From NCBI GenBank assembly GCA_028287465.1, contig JAQBPO010000018.1, positions 31,857 through 95,856 on the forward strand: a stretch of DNA of 64,000 nucleotides. Reading direction: 5' to 3'. The stretch is from Fibrobacterota bacterium. GTDB lineage: Bacteria; Fibrobacterota; Fibrobacteria; UBA11236. This document shows positions 38,408 to 49,360 of the stretch, in pieces. Under the pieces are notes generated by a model. The model saw only the letters and a list, made by a program, of their open reading frames with translations. It did not search any database and was not told where the DNA came from. The first letter of the stretch is position 1. Each line of letters opens with the position of its first letter. A program made the translations under genes and the position numbers.

Positions 38408-39559
38408 ATGGCTGAATCCAAGTCCCCGGATTGGGACAAGATCCATTCGGATTTCCCCGTAAACGACCAGCTTATCTGGCTGAACAATTGCGGGACCACG
38501 CCCTTGGGCGATCCCATCCGGGCGACCGTGAACCGTTGGCTCGAGGAATACGGGCGCCGGGGCGTCGATGCTGAGGGCTTCTCCTATGCCGGTGTAAAAG
38601 CCTCTATTTACCAACGCCTTGGATCCCTGCTCAATGCCCGTCCCGGGGAACTGGCCCTGGTGCATAATACCTCGGAAGGCATGAATTTCATTTCCCACGG
38701 CCTCTCCCTGGAGCCGGGCGACGAGATCCTGCTGCTGGAGAACGAGTACCCCAGCAATGTATACCCCTGGGAACATTGGCGGGAAAAAGGCGTTCACATC
38801 CGCGCCATACCCATGACCGGCCGCCCGGAGGATTTCCCCGCGACATTCGCCGATCTTGCCGGACCCCGTACCCGCCTGGCATCGCTCTCCGCCGTCCACT
38901 GGTGCACGGGAATGCCCTTTCCCCTGGATGCCATCGGAAAGGTTTGCGCGGAGCGCGGGATTACTTGGGTGGTGGATGGATCCCAGGGCGTGGGCCTGGT
39001 GGACATGGACGTGCAGGCGGCGGGGATCCATTACATGGCCTTTTCGGCGTGGAAGTGGCTGCTCGGCCCCTTGGGACTTGGGGTTTTGTATATCGCCCGG
39101 AACCGCCTGGAAGACTTGCGGCCCATTTTCAAGGGAACCGAATCGGTGCCGCAGGACAACGAATACCTGCCTTACAAACAGGCTTGGAAGCCTACCGCGG
39201 ATCGTTTCGCGGTATCCACCGGCAGCATGACCGATTGGGTCTATTTCGACGCGAGCCTGGCCTATCTGGAGGAGATTGGATTCCAGCACGTCAAGGAACG
39301 CATCCGCTTTCTCGCCAAGCGTCTTGAGGATGGCCTTCGCGGCGCCGGATTCTCGGTATTGTCCGACGGTTGGGGCGCGACCTCGGGCATCGTGGCGGTC
39401 TCGCGCGAAGGCCTGGACGCTTCCGAGGCCGTCAAGTCCCTCAAGGGCGGGAAAATCATCGCGGCGGAGCGCTTGGGGCGCATCCGGCTCGCTCCCCACG
39501 TGTATAACTCCGAGAAGCAGATCGATAAGGTCGTAGCGGTAATGGCGGCCTTGGGATGA
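38408..39559 (+). CDS. Class V PLP aminotransferase / C-S lyase-like
   Basis: NTSEG, EYPSN, VDGSQ, SAWKWLLGP, RLAPHVYN. Confidence 0.9.
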   Translation: MAESKSPDWDKIHSDFPVNDQLIWLNNCGTTPLGDPIRATVNRWLEEYGRRGVDAEGFSYAGVKASIYQRLGSLLNARPGELALVHNTSEGMNFISHGLSLEPGDEILLLENEYPSNVYPWEHWREKGVHIRAIPMTGRPEDFPATFADLAGPRTRLASLSAVHWCTGMPFPLDAIGKVCAERGITWVVDGSQGVGLVDMDVQAAGIHYMAFSAWKWLLGPLGLGVLYIARNRLEDLRPIFKGTESVPQDNEYLPYKQAWKPTADRFAVSTGSMTDWVYFDASLAYLEEIGFQHVKERIRFLAKRLEDGLRGAGFSVLSDGWGATSGIVAVSREGLDASEAVKSLKGGKIIAAERLGRIRLAPHVYNSEKQIDKVVAVMAALG

Positions 39560-40737
39560 AGGCCGGGGGCTTAGGAGAGCCCTCCCGTGCCCTGACGGAA
39601 TGGTTCGCCGCCAACCGGAGGGAGCTTCCCTGGCGCGTGGACGCGGCCGGATCCGGGTCGGTGACGGAGGGGACGCAAGGCGTGGTCAGGGAAGGACCCT
39701 CCATGGGAAATCCGGAATCGGCGGATCCGGCTCCAAGGCGAGACCCCTATGGAACCTGGATTTCGGAAATCATGCTCCAGCAGACCCAAGTGGCCACGGT
39801 CATGGACTATTACCGGCGATGGATGGCCCGCTTCCCGGACGTGGCGTCCCTCGCCCGGGCCGAGGAATCCGAGGTGTTGGAGGCTTGGGCGGGACTGGGT
39901 TATTATTCGCGTGCCCGTAACGTTCTGGCCACGGCCCGTCAGGTGATGGCGGATTTCGGCGGCCGATTCCCATCCGGGCGCGATGAACTGCTCGGCCTCA
40001 AGGGAATCGGCGAGTATACGGCCGGCGCGATCGCCAGCCTTGCCTTCAACCGGCCCGAACCCATCTTGGACGGCAATATCGTGCGGGTCTTCAGCCGCCT
40101 GGAAGGATTGGATTTCCTGCCGGATACCAAGGAAGGGAAGCGGACCTATTGGGATCTGGCCCGGTCCTGGGCGGAGTCGAGGGACCCGGCCCTGGTCAAC
40201 GAGGGACTGATGGAACTCGGGGCCTTGGTATGCACCCCCAGGAATCCCGACTGCGCGCGATGCCCGCTCACCCGGTTCTGCCGGGCCTACGCCATGGGCG
40301 ACCAGGACCGGTTTCCGCCGGCGCGTTCCCGCAAGGACGCGGTGGAGGTGGCCGGTTATGCGGTAGCGGCTTTCACTGGAGCGCTGGAAGACCGGAAGGT
40401 CTTGTTGTACACGCCTAAAAAACCGGAAAGGCTGGCGGGCCTGCTTACCTTCCCGGTATTCGCGGTTTCAGATCTGCGGTCCCTCCGCGAGGCCTGGAAG
40501 TCGGCCTTGCCGGCATTGGCCGGCGCAGCCATCCGCCCCAGGACCGGGATGGTAACCCACAGCATCACCCATCACCGATACCGCTTGCGTCTTGTAGAGG
40601 CGATCATTGAAGAGGGTTGCCTGCCGGAGGACGGCCCGATGCCCGAAGGGTATGCCTGGGAGCCTGCCGGGGATTTGGATCGGATCCTGGTGAGTTCCCT
40701 GCCCAGGAAAATCTGGAAAGCGCTCGCGGGTCAATGA
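39556..40737 (+). CDS. mutY: A/G-specific adenine glycosylase
   Basis: WISEIMLQQTQV, WAGLGYY, LKGIGEYTA, DGN and the [4Fe-4S] motif CxxxxxxCxxCxxxxxC. Confidence 0.95.
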   Translation: MKAGGLGEPSRALTEWFAANRRELPWRVDAAGSGSVTEGTQGVVREGPSMGNPESADPAPRRDPYGTWISEIMLQQTQVATVMDYYRRWMARFPDVASLARAEESEVLEAWAGLGYYSRARNVLATARQVMADFGGRFPSGRDELLGLKGIGEYTAGAIASLAFNRPEPILDGNIVRVFSRLEGLDFLPDTKEGKRTYWDLARSWAESRDPALVNEGLMELGALVCTPRNPDCARCPLTRFCRAYAMGDQDRFPPARSRKDAVEVAGYAVAAFTGALEDRKVLLYTPKKPERLAGLLTFPVFAVSDLRSLREAWKSALPALAGAAIRPRTGMVTHSITHHRYRLRLVEAIIEEGCLPEDGPMPEGYAWEPAGDLDRILVSSLPRKIWKALAGQ

Positions 40738-43427
40738 CCCGCTACCAGGGCGGTATCGGGAAGGGCCACGCGCGACTTCGCTAGGCTGCAGCAGCGGAAG
40801 CCGATGACCCGGCTGGAGTAGAAGGGTCGCGCCGGCTTGGTGCCGAACACGGTGTAGGCGTATAGGTATTTGATCTGGTATGCGCCCCCGGACTTGCGGA
40901 CCGTCCATTCAGGATTCCCCGCTTCCCTTTTGAAAATCCTTTCCAACCCCGCCTGCGACGTATCGCGCATCTCCTTGGCGTCCAGGGTGTCCTCGATGGC
41001 CGGGCGTCCCTGGGAGCTCTCGAAGGTGACCACGGCGAGCGACCGTGCGGTCAGGACGGCGGAGATAGGCTTTTTCTTGCTGAATGCGGTATCTTCCGGC
41101 TGGATCTTGACCGGTACGGAATTCAAGGCGCCGGCCGTGAAGGCCCGCAGGTAGGTACTGTCGGCGGGATCGGGAATCAGATCCGTGATGGTCGCGGATT
41201 TGAGGTTGTCCGGGATGTCTATGCAGCGATGCCCGGCGGTTCCCGGTCCATAGATCACGGCTATCTTCTGGATGGATTCGTCCATGCAGTCCTTCCTGTA
41301 CACGGGCCGGACCTGCTCCACGAAATCCCGATTCGAGCATCTTGCCAGGCTCTGGGTCAGGGACTGCTGCGGGAAATTCGTCTTGAGGTAGTTCCCGCCG
41401 CGGATGCCATGCCGGACATTTCTCCCGGTGGTGTCCGTTTTCCCGGCGGAGTCCGTAAAGGCGAATTCATGGCCTATCGTATCCTTCGCCTGGGCGGCAT
41501 AGGCGTTCGCTACGTATGGATCCCGCACCCATTCGGACAGGTTTCCCGCCATATCATAGACGCCTTCGGTGGTAAGGCATACGGCATTCCGCAACTCGAA
41601 GGACATGGCCATGGCGGAGTCATTGGTGGCCTGGTTGCAGCTGGCCTGGAGGATGGAGGGATTGTTCCCCTCGGATTGGATGCCGTGGGCCAGCGCCAGG
41701 GAATCCGGCCCTTCGCAAGCCCGTTCCCATTCGGCCTCCGAACAGAGCTGGGTGGCAAAGGCCGGATCGGGATCCATGGCCTTGCATATCGCGTCCGCTT
41801 GATCGAAGGTGACGTTGGAAACGAAGCGCTTTCCCGTCGAGTCCCGGTGTTCATAGGGTTCAATGCAATAGGAACCGATGGTCACGGATTTCGCCGGCTT
41901 CTCGTCCAAGGTGGAAGAGGCATTATCGCCGAGCTGGAATTTCCCGCGGGGCACGGGGATGAATCCCTTCGGGCATTCGAGGACGCTGTCCGTTCCCGCG
42001 AACCGGACCGAATCGGTCCTGACCGTCAGGGTATCCGTCACCGATTCATAACCCGAGCTGTCGAAAGCGGCGAGGCGCAGGTGGAACGGGGTCCCGGGGG
42101 GGAGGAAGCGCATGGCGATGGTGAAGCTGTCCGCCTTCGAACGCTCCGCATCCATCTGGATGACCGTATCCACCCGATCCAGGCTGGTGGTCTTGGCGGT
42201 GGAATCGCGCAAGAGAATGCGGGTCAGGATGTATTTCTGGATATTGAAGTTGGGCTTGGGAGAGGGGGCGAGACCCCCGCCGACCGTGTCCAGATCCCGG
42301 GATGCACCCCATTTCACCGAGAAGCCGTTGCGGGTGATCGATTTCGGATCCACGATTATGACCGGCTTGGTCGGCTGGGTGGTATCGGTCGTCAAAAGGG
42401 AGATCCGCTCCATGGCGTTGATATTGCGGTTTCCGCTGCTGTCGATGGCGTAAAGGAAAAGCTTGAGGGTATCCTGGGGCCTGAGATTGCTGATCAGCAG
42501 GTGCAGGCTGTCTGACTAGACCGGTTTGGTTTGCTTGGCCGAACGGTTCGAGTGCGGGAGCCAGAAGAAGATCTTCTCGGGCAAGGTGTCGTTGTCCAGG
42601 GAATCGCTGGTGGCCGTGGCCATTTCCCTGTCCCCGATCCGATAGGAGGAAACGCGGGGATGGTAGGTCTTGCGCCTTTCCAGGATGCGTCCCGCGAGCT
42701 GCACTTCCAGGGAGTAGCCCAGGATGAGCCCCGTGTCCTGGGACGGATTGAAAAAGCTCACCCGATCGGTGGGCCGCTCCCAAGCGATTTCGATCGAAGT
42801 ATCGCGCGGGATGAATTCGGGATGGAATACGTCCGGGAAGAATTTGTCCTTGGTCTGGAAGGTTGCGAATTGCGGCTGCCCCGGCGTGGCATCCCCTTTA
42901 TAGACCGGTACCAGGCCGAAGTCGAGGTTTCCCGTCACTTCGTCTTCGCGCCGGTTCGAATCCAGGACGAAGATCTTTCCGCTTCCCATGTACAAGGTAT
43001 CCTGCTTGAATCCCTTCGATCCGAAAGTGAAAATGAGGCTGTCCTTGGTGCCATGCGACAGGACGATGACGCTGGCCAGTTCCGGATGGGTCCGGGTATA
43101 CGTCCAAGCGTCCTTGGTGGGAGCGGCGGGATCCGCGGTGTCCAGGTAGATCCGGTATCCGATCAGGCCTGTGGTGTCCTCCGGCCTCACCCAGGAGAGG
43201 CGGTACTTCTTTGCCTTGACGCAATCCTCCAGGGCGGCGGGATCGGTATTGGTATGGCAAAAGGAATGGTCGGAGACCGTCGTATCCGCGCGGAAAAAAC
43301 TGGGGCTTCTCAGATAGGCGAAGTTGACGCGTTCCGGTTCGGGGGAGCATGCAAGCAGCAGAAAGCATGCGGGCATGAGAGCGGCAAGGCTGAAACGGAA
43401 ACGGGACCAGGCTTTGGAAAAGCGCAT
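40731..43427 (-). pseudogene. Lipoprotein with FN3-like domains and C-terminal FGE/SUMF1 domain, interrupted by one in-frame TAG at 42516-42518
   Basis: Lipobox LLAC. The two ORF-track ORFs share a frame, and the 34 codons after TAG (SDSLHLLISNLRPQDTLKLFLYAIDSSGNRNINA) complete an FN3-like strand. FGE motifs: SEAEWERAC, YDMAGNLSEW, IGFRCC. Confidence 0.75.
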
Positions 43428-43551
43428 CGCCGAGGTAAGATATAAAGAATCGGGAATCGAAAACCGCATGGCCATCCGCCATTGTCCTAAAAAAACCGCC
43501 TTTTTCCCGCAAAGGAATGTTGTGGGGTTAGTGCCGTGCCCGCGCCTGGGC

Positions 43552-43582
43552 AAAAAAAAGGACCTCCGCGAGGAGGTCCTTT
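43552..43582 (-). terminator. Terminator after rplU-rpmA
   Basis: aaaaaaaggacctcc-gcga-ggaggtccttt. Confidence 0.85.
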
Positions 43583-43627
43583 GCATGTTTCCAGGCTGCC
43601 GACCCTTGAAGGCTGGCGCAAGGAACC

Positions 43628-43906
43628 TTAGGCGGCTACGGCAGCTTCAACCGAAACCGGATAGACACTGACCTTCTGGCGGTCCTTGCCATGACGCTCG
43701 AACTTGACCACGCCTTCCACGAGGGAGAAGATGGTATAGTCGCGGCCCAGGCCCACGTTCAGGCCGGGATGCCAGCGCGTGCCGGTCTGACGGAGGATGA
43801 TGTTGCCGGGGATGACTTTTTCCCCGCCGAACTTCTTGATGCCGCGATATTTCGGATTGGAATCGCGTCCGTTACGAGTGCTGCCAAGACCTTTTTTGTG
43901 TGCCAT
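43628..43906 (-). CDS. rpmA: 50S ribosomal protein L27
   Basis: [17 protein letters not shown]-terminus. Confidence 0.98.
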   Translation of the reverse strand: MAHKKGLGSTRNGRDSNPKYRGIKKFGGEKVIPGNIILRQTGTRWHPGLNVGLGRDYTIFSLVEGVVKFERHGKDRQKVSVYPVSVEAAVAA

Positions 43907-43909
43907 GTC

Positions 43910-44356
43910 TTACTTTCCTTTGGCCGCAGCGGCCACTTTCTGGGCCCTGGTGAGAGGGACGTTTTGGACTTTCTGGGCGGCCAGCGCGGTGATGCGGGCG
44001 CGGGCGCGAAGCTTGGCTTTTTCATCAACGCTGGACTTGTCGCTACCGACGCCGATCGAAGTGACCAGCACCTCGGTGAAGAGCTGGCGATGGCCGATGG
44101 TCTTGCGATAACGCTTGCGGGCCTTGCGCTTGAAGGAGATGACCTTGTCGCCCTTGCCTTGGTTCAATACTTCCAAGGTCACGGCGGCGCCGGAAACCAG
44201 GGGGGCGCCGATTTGTACGGAATCGCCGCTCGCGAACAGAAGCACATTGGAAATGGTCACGACGTCGCCGACCTTGGCGTCCATCTTCGGAACCTTGAGC
44301 GTTTCCCCGACGGTGATTTTATGCTGGAACCCACCGCATTCGATGACTGAGTACAT
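43910..44356 (-). CDS. rplU: 50S ribosomal protein L21 with basic C-terminal extension
   Basis: [29 protein letters not shown]; upstream of rpmA. Confidence 0.96.
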   Translation of the reverse strand: MYSVIECGGFQHKITVGETLKVPKMDAKVGDVVTISNVLLFASGDSVQIGAPLVSGAAVTLEVLNQGKGDKVISFKRKARKRYRKTIGHRQLFTEVLVTSIGVGSDKSSVDEKAKLRARARITALAAQKVQNVPLTRAQKVAAAAKGK

Positions 44357-44482
44357 GATCGTCCTTTATCTCTATCTGCTAAATGACATGGGAAACCGAT
44401 TGGCTGGGATCCCGTAAATCAGGGGCATTAATTTATCAAAAGTATCCGGAATTTTAAAGGGAACCGCTCCATTTCACCGGAT

Positions 44483-46468
44483 TCAATGCGGAAGGCGCTC
44501 CTGGATGGCCTTGACCTTTTGCTGGTAGGCCGCATTGGGCTGGAATTCGGAAATATAGACATTGGCCGATTTCACCATATTGATGCGGCTGGCTGGGGTT
44601 TTTTGGGCTTCGAACGTGGCCGCATCGGTTTTCCAGAGCAGGAACAGGACCTGTTCATGGAAAAGATTGGGATGCATGAATTCCGGGCGCACACCTTGTA
44701 AGGCGACCAGGTCCCGGCGGATTTCCGGAGAAGCGGGATTCCGCATCAGCACCAACTGGGCTTTAAGAAGCCGTAAGTCGGGTGATTCCGGATTCTTGGC
44801 AAGATATCCTGAAATGCGTTCGAAGGCGGAGGCGTCCTCCTCCCTTACCATGGTCTGGACTTGCACGAAGGCCTCTTGATTCCAGACATCGCCCGCCTGG
44901 ATGGTTTCCGAGGCCAGGGTCGCCAAGGCGGCCACCTTGACGGTACCGCCGGGCTGGCCGGATCCCCGGGCGGCCATGGCCGGAGTGTTCCTGGCCGCAG
45001 CCGCGTCCCGGTCCGTCTTCCTGCCCGCGCCGGAGCGGGACTTGCCAGGGGCCTGAGCCGGTCCGTCCAGGTTCTCGAGGGCCTCCCCGCCCGATCCCGG
45101 ATGGCCCGCATCCTTGGCACCGGCTCCATTCACCCCGGCCTGCGCCGGGATTCCGGAGTGGGACGATTTGGAGTCATTCGGTACCAGGGCTCCCTCCGCG
45201 AGATGGGAATGCCGTGGGGACAACCACCATGCGGCCCCGAGCGCCAGCATGAGCCCTCCAGCGATCGCCGATGCGTAGAGGGCTGGTGGGCGGCGACGAT
45301 GGGGGAAGGGGAGTCCCAGGCTGGTGACATATCCCCCGGGCGCCGCTATGGCCGGGATCTCCGCGCTGGAAGCCTGGCCGGTAGATTGCCGTCCATCGAT
45401 GGGCACCATGAGCTCGGGATGGGCGAGCTTCTTTCCAAGGGCTATAAGCACGTCGTTCACGGTCTTGCCGCCGGAAAGGGAATGGAAAACCTCTTCCATG
45501 TCCGGTCGCATCGAGGCCGCGTCCGGATACTGGTAGGGCTGGTCCCCGAGGGGTACGGAGAAATCGTGGTACACGATGCATTTGCGCAGGACGCCCGAGG
45601 CGAAGGAATGCGCGGACGCGATCTCAAGGTGGCATTGCGAATAGACTTCCGGATCCAGGATCTTCACGATGATCTGGGGCGAGGTTTCGCCGTAGAAAGG
45701 GAGCCGGCCGGTGAGCAATTGGTAGTAGAGTACGCCGATGGCGTGGATATCGTGCTGGGTCTCGCGGAAGTCCTTCCAGAAATCCTGGTATTGAGCCTTC
45801 TGCTCGGCGCTATTGGCCTTTTGCAAGCGCGCTTTGCCCATATAGGGAATGGTGCCCACCAGGTTCTGATCCACGGTGACGTTCTCGGTGAGCGCCGTCT
45901 TGGCGGTGCCGAAATCGATCAATACAAGTCGGCCCTTCTCATTGCCCTTCACGCCCAGGATCAGATTGCCGGGCGAGATGTCGCGATGGGCCACGCCGAA
46001 AATCTCCCGATCGGGAAGATGCACGTTGGCGCGATGGGCGTATTCCATGGGATAGAGGGCGGAAAGGATGAGGGCCGAGGCGGTGACCGGATCCAGCAGA
46101 TCCTGCCAGGCGCAGCCGAGTTCGGCCTGGCGTTGCCCCACGATGTCGAGGACGTTGCGGAGGCTGTAGCCCTGGATGTAGTCCAGGATCATGTACCGAT
46201 GCCCATGCTTGTCGCCCTGGCCGCGGAGGGTCACTATCTGCGGATGCTTGAGGCGGCTCAGGATCAGGCCTTCCTCGAGGAAGGTCTTGAGATGGCGCCG
46301 GCGGGAGACCTCGTCCATGCCCGAGTCCTGGGAAATCTTGATGACGCGGTGTTCCTGGAGTTCCTCATCGAAGGCGAGGAAGGTCAGGCCGTATCCGCCG
46401 CGGCCGATCAGCCGCTCCACGATGCACTTCTCGAAGCGCGAGCCTATGAGCTGGTCTTGGGCGATCAT
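44483..46468 (-). CDS. Membrane Ser/Thr protein kinase (Hanks type)
   Basis: IGRGGYG, VIK, HRDISPGN, IDFG, a TM helix and an extracytoplasmic helical tail. Confidence 0.88.
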   Translation of the reverse strand: MIAQDQLIGSRFEKCIVERLIGRGGYGLTFLAFDEELQEHRVIKISQDSGMDEVSRRRHLKTFLEEGLILSRLKHPQIVTLRGQGDKHGHRYMILDYIQGYSLRNVLDIVGQRQAELGCAWQDLLDPVTASALILSALYPMEYAHRANVHLPDREIFGVAHRDISPGNLILGVKGNEKGRLVLIDFGTAKTALTENVTVDQNLVGTIPYMGKARLQKANSAEQKAQYQDFWKDFRETQHDIHAIGVLYYQLLTGRLPFYGETSPQIIVKILDPEVYSQCHLEIASAHSFASGVLRKCIVYHDFSVPLGDQPYQYPDAASMRPDMEEVFHSLSGGKTVNDVLIALGKKLAHPELMVPIDGRQSTGQASSAEIPAIAAPGGYVTSLGLPFPHRRRPPALYASAIAGGLMLALGAAWWLSPRHSHLAEGALVPNDSKSSHSGIPAQAGVNGAGAKDAGHPGSGGEALENLDGPAQAPGKSRSGAGRKTDRDAAAARNTPAMAARGSGQPGGTVKVAALATLASETIQAGDVWNQEAFVQVQTMVREEDASAFERISGYLAKNPESPDLRLLKAQLVLMRNPASPEIRRDLVALQGVRPEFMHPNLFHEQVLFLLWKTDAATFEAQKTPASRINMVKSANVYISEFQPNAAYQQKVKAIQERLPH

Positions 46469-46484
46469 GGATTCTGGGGTACGC

Positions 46485-47687
46485 TCAGGGCTCGTACACT
46501 CCGGCCAGGGAAGTGTCCCGGTAGTCGTTCTCGAGGTAGTTCACCTTGTACCGGTCGGCGAGGGTCTGGAGGTACTTCTTCAGGTTCTTGCCGGCCTTGG
46601 CGGCCTTCTCCTGGACCAGGGCCCTCTGGATCTGGAGCTGGTAGCTTTCGTATTTGCCGTCATTGCGTTCCGTCAGGAGGACCAGATGCCATCCCAGGGG
46701 CGTGCGGAAGACCGGGGACAGTTGCCCGACCTTGAGGCCGCTCACCTGCTTCTTGAATTCCGGAGCGAAGTCACCGGGCAGGAAGCGCTGCAAATCCCCG
46801 CCATCCTTCTTTTCGGGACCGTCCGAAACGTCCCGCGCCTTCATGACGAAGCGGGTCAGCAGCAAATCGACCTGGGCGGAATCCTTCGCGAGTTGCGAAC
46901 GCAGGTTTTCCAGATCGGCTTTCCTTTTCTGGATGTCGGCGGAGCCCGCGTTCTTGTCGACCATGAAAAGGATTTGGCAGGCGCGCAGGGAATCATTCAA
47001 GGGGAAGGCGGATTTATGGGCGGCGAAGAAATCCTGCATTTCCTTGGGAGTGGGGCGTCCGACCGGGGTCATCTGGGTGTTGAGGAGCTTGTCTGCCTTT
47101 ATCTGCCTCGCCATCTTCTCCCTCAGCCCCTGTTCCGAATCCCCTGCCTGCTTGAGCGCCTTGCGGAAGGCCTCGTCATTGGGAAAGTTCGCCTTGAATG
47201 CCTTTCCCAGGGAATCGATGGCCTTGTCGTCCGCGATCACGTTGAGGCGTTTGGCTTCCAGGTCCAGGAGCTCCTGGCCGATGAGGTTGGTGGCGACCAT
47301 GCGTTCCAGATACTGCTTTTCCCGGGGGTCCATGTTCGCGGGGGCTTGCTTGACCTTGACCATGAGGTCGACGAGGGTGTCTATCTGGCGTTTGCGGATC
47401 TTGTTCGGCCCGACGGTGATGACCACGGAGGCCGGGGTTTTCGGGCCCTTGGAGGCTTTCGCCTTGGCGGCCTTGGGGGCGGTCGAAGCGGCGGGAGCCG
47501 CGGCTTGCGCGGGCGCGACCGCATCCTTGGCTTCCGCCGACGGGACGGCCGGTTTCGCCTCAGGAGCCGGAGCCTGCGCCACGGGAGCCGTCTGGGCCGG
47601 GGAAGGTTGCGACGAAGGCGCATCGGTCGCGGAACCCAGGGAAAGGGCCAAAGCGAATACGGAAAGGAATCTCATGAATGGGAGCAT
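46485..47687 (-). CDS. SurA/PrsA-like parvulin peptidyl-prolyl isomerase
   Basis: Signal peptide, SurA N-domain, GGDL and SPVFRTPLGWHLV. Confidence 0.88.
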   Translation of the reverse strand: MLPFMRFLSVFALALSLGSATDAPSSQPSPAQTAPVAQAPAPEAKPAVPSAEAKDAVAPAQAAAPAASTAPKAAKAKASKGPKTPASVVITVGPNKIRKRQIDTLVDLMVKVKQAPANMDPREKQYLERMVATNLIGQELLDLEAKRLNVIADDKAIDSLGKAFKANFPNDEAFRKALKQAGDSEQGLREKMARQIKADKLLNTQMTPVGRPTPKEMQDFFAAHKSAFPLNDSLRACQILFMVDKNAGSADIQKRKADLENLRSQLAKDSAQVDLLLTRFVMKARDVSDGPEKKDGGDLQRFLPGDFAPEFKKQVSGLKVGQLSPVFRTPLGWHLVLLTERNDGKYESYQLQIQRALVQEKAAKAGKNLKKYLQTLADRYKVNYLENDYRDTSLAGVYEP

Positions 47688-47788
47688 GTAGGGTTGGGCC
47701 TGGTCAAAAGGTGGAAATATCTGTTTTTTAAATGATAAGTTAGAGTTGAAAAATAGGAAAATCAGGGCGGAAGGACCGGGCCCCCAAG

Positions 47789-49360
47789 GTGGATTACGAC
47801 CTGATCATCGTCGGCGGCGGCATCAATGGAGCCGCCTTGGCCCGTCTTGCGGCATTCCAAGGCCTATCCACGGCCCTGTTCGAAGCCGGGGATTTCGGCC
47901 GGGGAGCCAGTACCAATACCTCAAAACTGCTCCATGGCGGACTCCGCTACCTGGAAACCTTCGATTTCGGCCTGGTGCGCGACTCGGTGCGCGAAAGGGC
48001 CCAGTTGCTTTCCATCGCCCCCCATCTGGTCGAGGCCAGGCGTTTCCTCTTTCCGCGCACCCGTCTCGGCCGTCACGGTCGACCCGGCATCAAGGCGGGA
48101 ATGGTGCTGTACGATTTCCTGGCGGGATCCCGGAGGCTCGATCCCCATCGTTGGGTGGCCCCGGCGGAACTCCGGGAAAAAGAACCGCATTTCCTTCCCG
48201 GGGAGGACTGCGGCGCCTACGAATATTCCGATTGCGTCATGGATGATGCGCGCATGGTGATGGAGAACCTGGTGGATGCCGCGGCCATGGGTGCCTCAAT
48301 CCATAACTACCAGGCATTCCAGGGAGTGGAGCGTAACGCGGACGGCGTCCTGGAAGCGACCGTCCTGGATAGGTTGACCGGCAGGGACGTGGTCCATCGC
48401 GGCCGCAAGGTCGCCTTGGCGCTCGGCCCCTGGACCGATCAAGTGGCCAAGTCCGCCTTCCCGGGAACCGCCCCCCAGGTCAGGCTTTCCCAGGGGATCC
48501 ACCTCATCGCGGACGGACTGCCCTCGCGATCTTGTTTCATCCTGCCCGTGCCCGGCAGCAAGCGGTATTTCTTCATCGTGCCCTGGAAAGGGAAGCACCT
48601 CATCGGGACCACCGAGACCGAGGTGGGCCTCTATCCGCCCGAGCCGGCGGTTCCGCAGGGGCGGGAGGTGGAAGAGTTGCTCCGGCTGGCCGGGACGTAT
48701 TTCCCCGAGTGGAAGCCGGACGTCATCTGCACCATAACGGGATTGCGTCCGCTGGCGCGCAGCGCCAAAGGCTCCACGATAACCTTGAGCCGAGAGCACG
48801 AATTCCACCGCATCCAGGAAAACGTCTATTCCGCCGTGGGCGGCAAGTATACGACCCACCGTTCCTTCGCGGAAGGCTTCCTGGAATTCGTGCTGGAGGG
48901 CAAGGCCGAAGTGAAGGACATCAAATCCCGCCCCCTGCCCGGCGCCTGGGCGGACGACGCCGAGCGCGACCGCATCCGCCGGGATTTGCGCGCCTTTGCC
49001 TTCGTGGACGATCCGGTCGAGGGGGCATGGATGCGCCGGTACGGAAAACGCGCCCTGGAACTGGCCGGATACGTAGCGGCCTCGGCCGCCCGCAAGGGAC
49101 GCCTTCCGGGTCCCTATGGGATGCTGCTGGGCGAGGTCGAGTTCTCCGCGGAGAAGGAATGGGCAAGGACGCCCGAGGATTTCTTCCGTCGCCGTACGGA
49201 TGCCTATTTCACCCGCGGCGGCGGAGCGGAATGCCTGGCGGGGGTTGAGGCCTTGTTGCGTAATCGCACGCCCAACCTGGCGAAGAGCCTTGGCCCCGAC
49301 GCGGACTATCAGGTCTTCCTGGCGAGGAACCGGCATGTGGCGGCGGAGGGCCCGGCGTGA
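47789..49360 (+). CDS. glpD: FAD-dependent glycerol-3-phosphate dehydrogenase
   Basis: IVGGGING, TSKLLHGGLRYLE, DDAR, GLRPL, GGKYTT. Confidence 0.92.
   Translation: MDYDLIIVGGGINGAALARLAAFQGLSTALFEAGDFGRGASTNTSKLLHGGLRYLETFDFGLVRDSVRERAQLLSIAPHLVEARRFLFPRTRLGRHGRPGIKAGMVLYDFLAGSRRLDPHRWVAPAELREKEPHFLPGEDCGAYEYSDCVMDDARMVMENLVDAAAMGASIHNYQAFQGVERNADGVLEATVLDRLTGRDVVHRGRKVALALGPWTDQVAKSAFPGTAPQVRLSQGIHLIADGLPSRSCFILPVPGSKRYFFIVPWKGKHLIGTTETEVGLYPPEPAVPQGREVEELLRLAGTYFPEWKPDVICTITGLRPLARSAKGSTITLSREHEFHRIQENVYSAVGGKYTTHRSFAEGFLEFVLEGKAEVKDIKSRPLPGAWADDAERDRIRRDLRAFAFVDDPVEGAWMRRYGKRALELAGYVAASAARKGRLPGPYGMLLGEVEFSAEKEWARTPEDFFRRRTDAYFTRGGGAECLAGVEALLRNRTPNLAKSLGPDADYQVFLARNRHVAAEGPA

Noticed and set aside
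42516-42518. Pyrrolysine or genome-wide TAG recoding
   Set aside because: TAG terminates ordinary genes in this window, and no pyl genes or CUA tRNA are visible.
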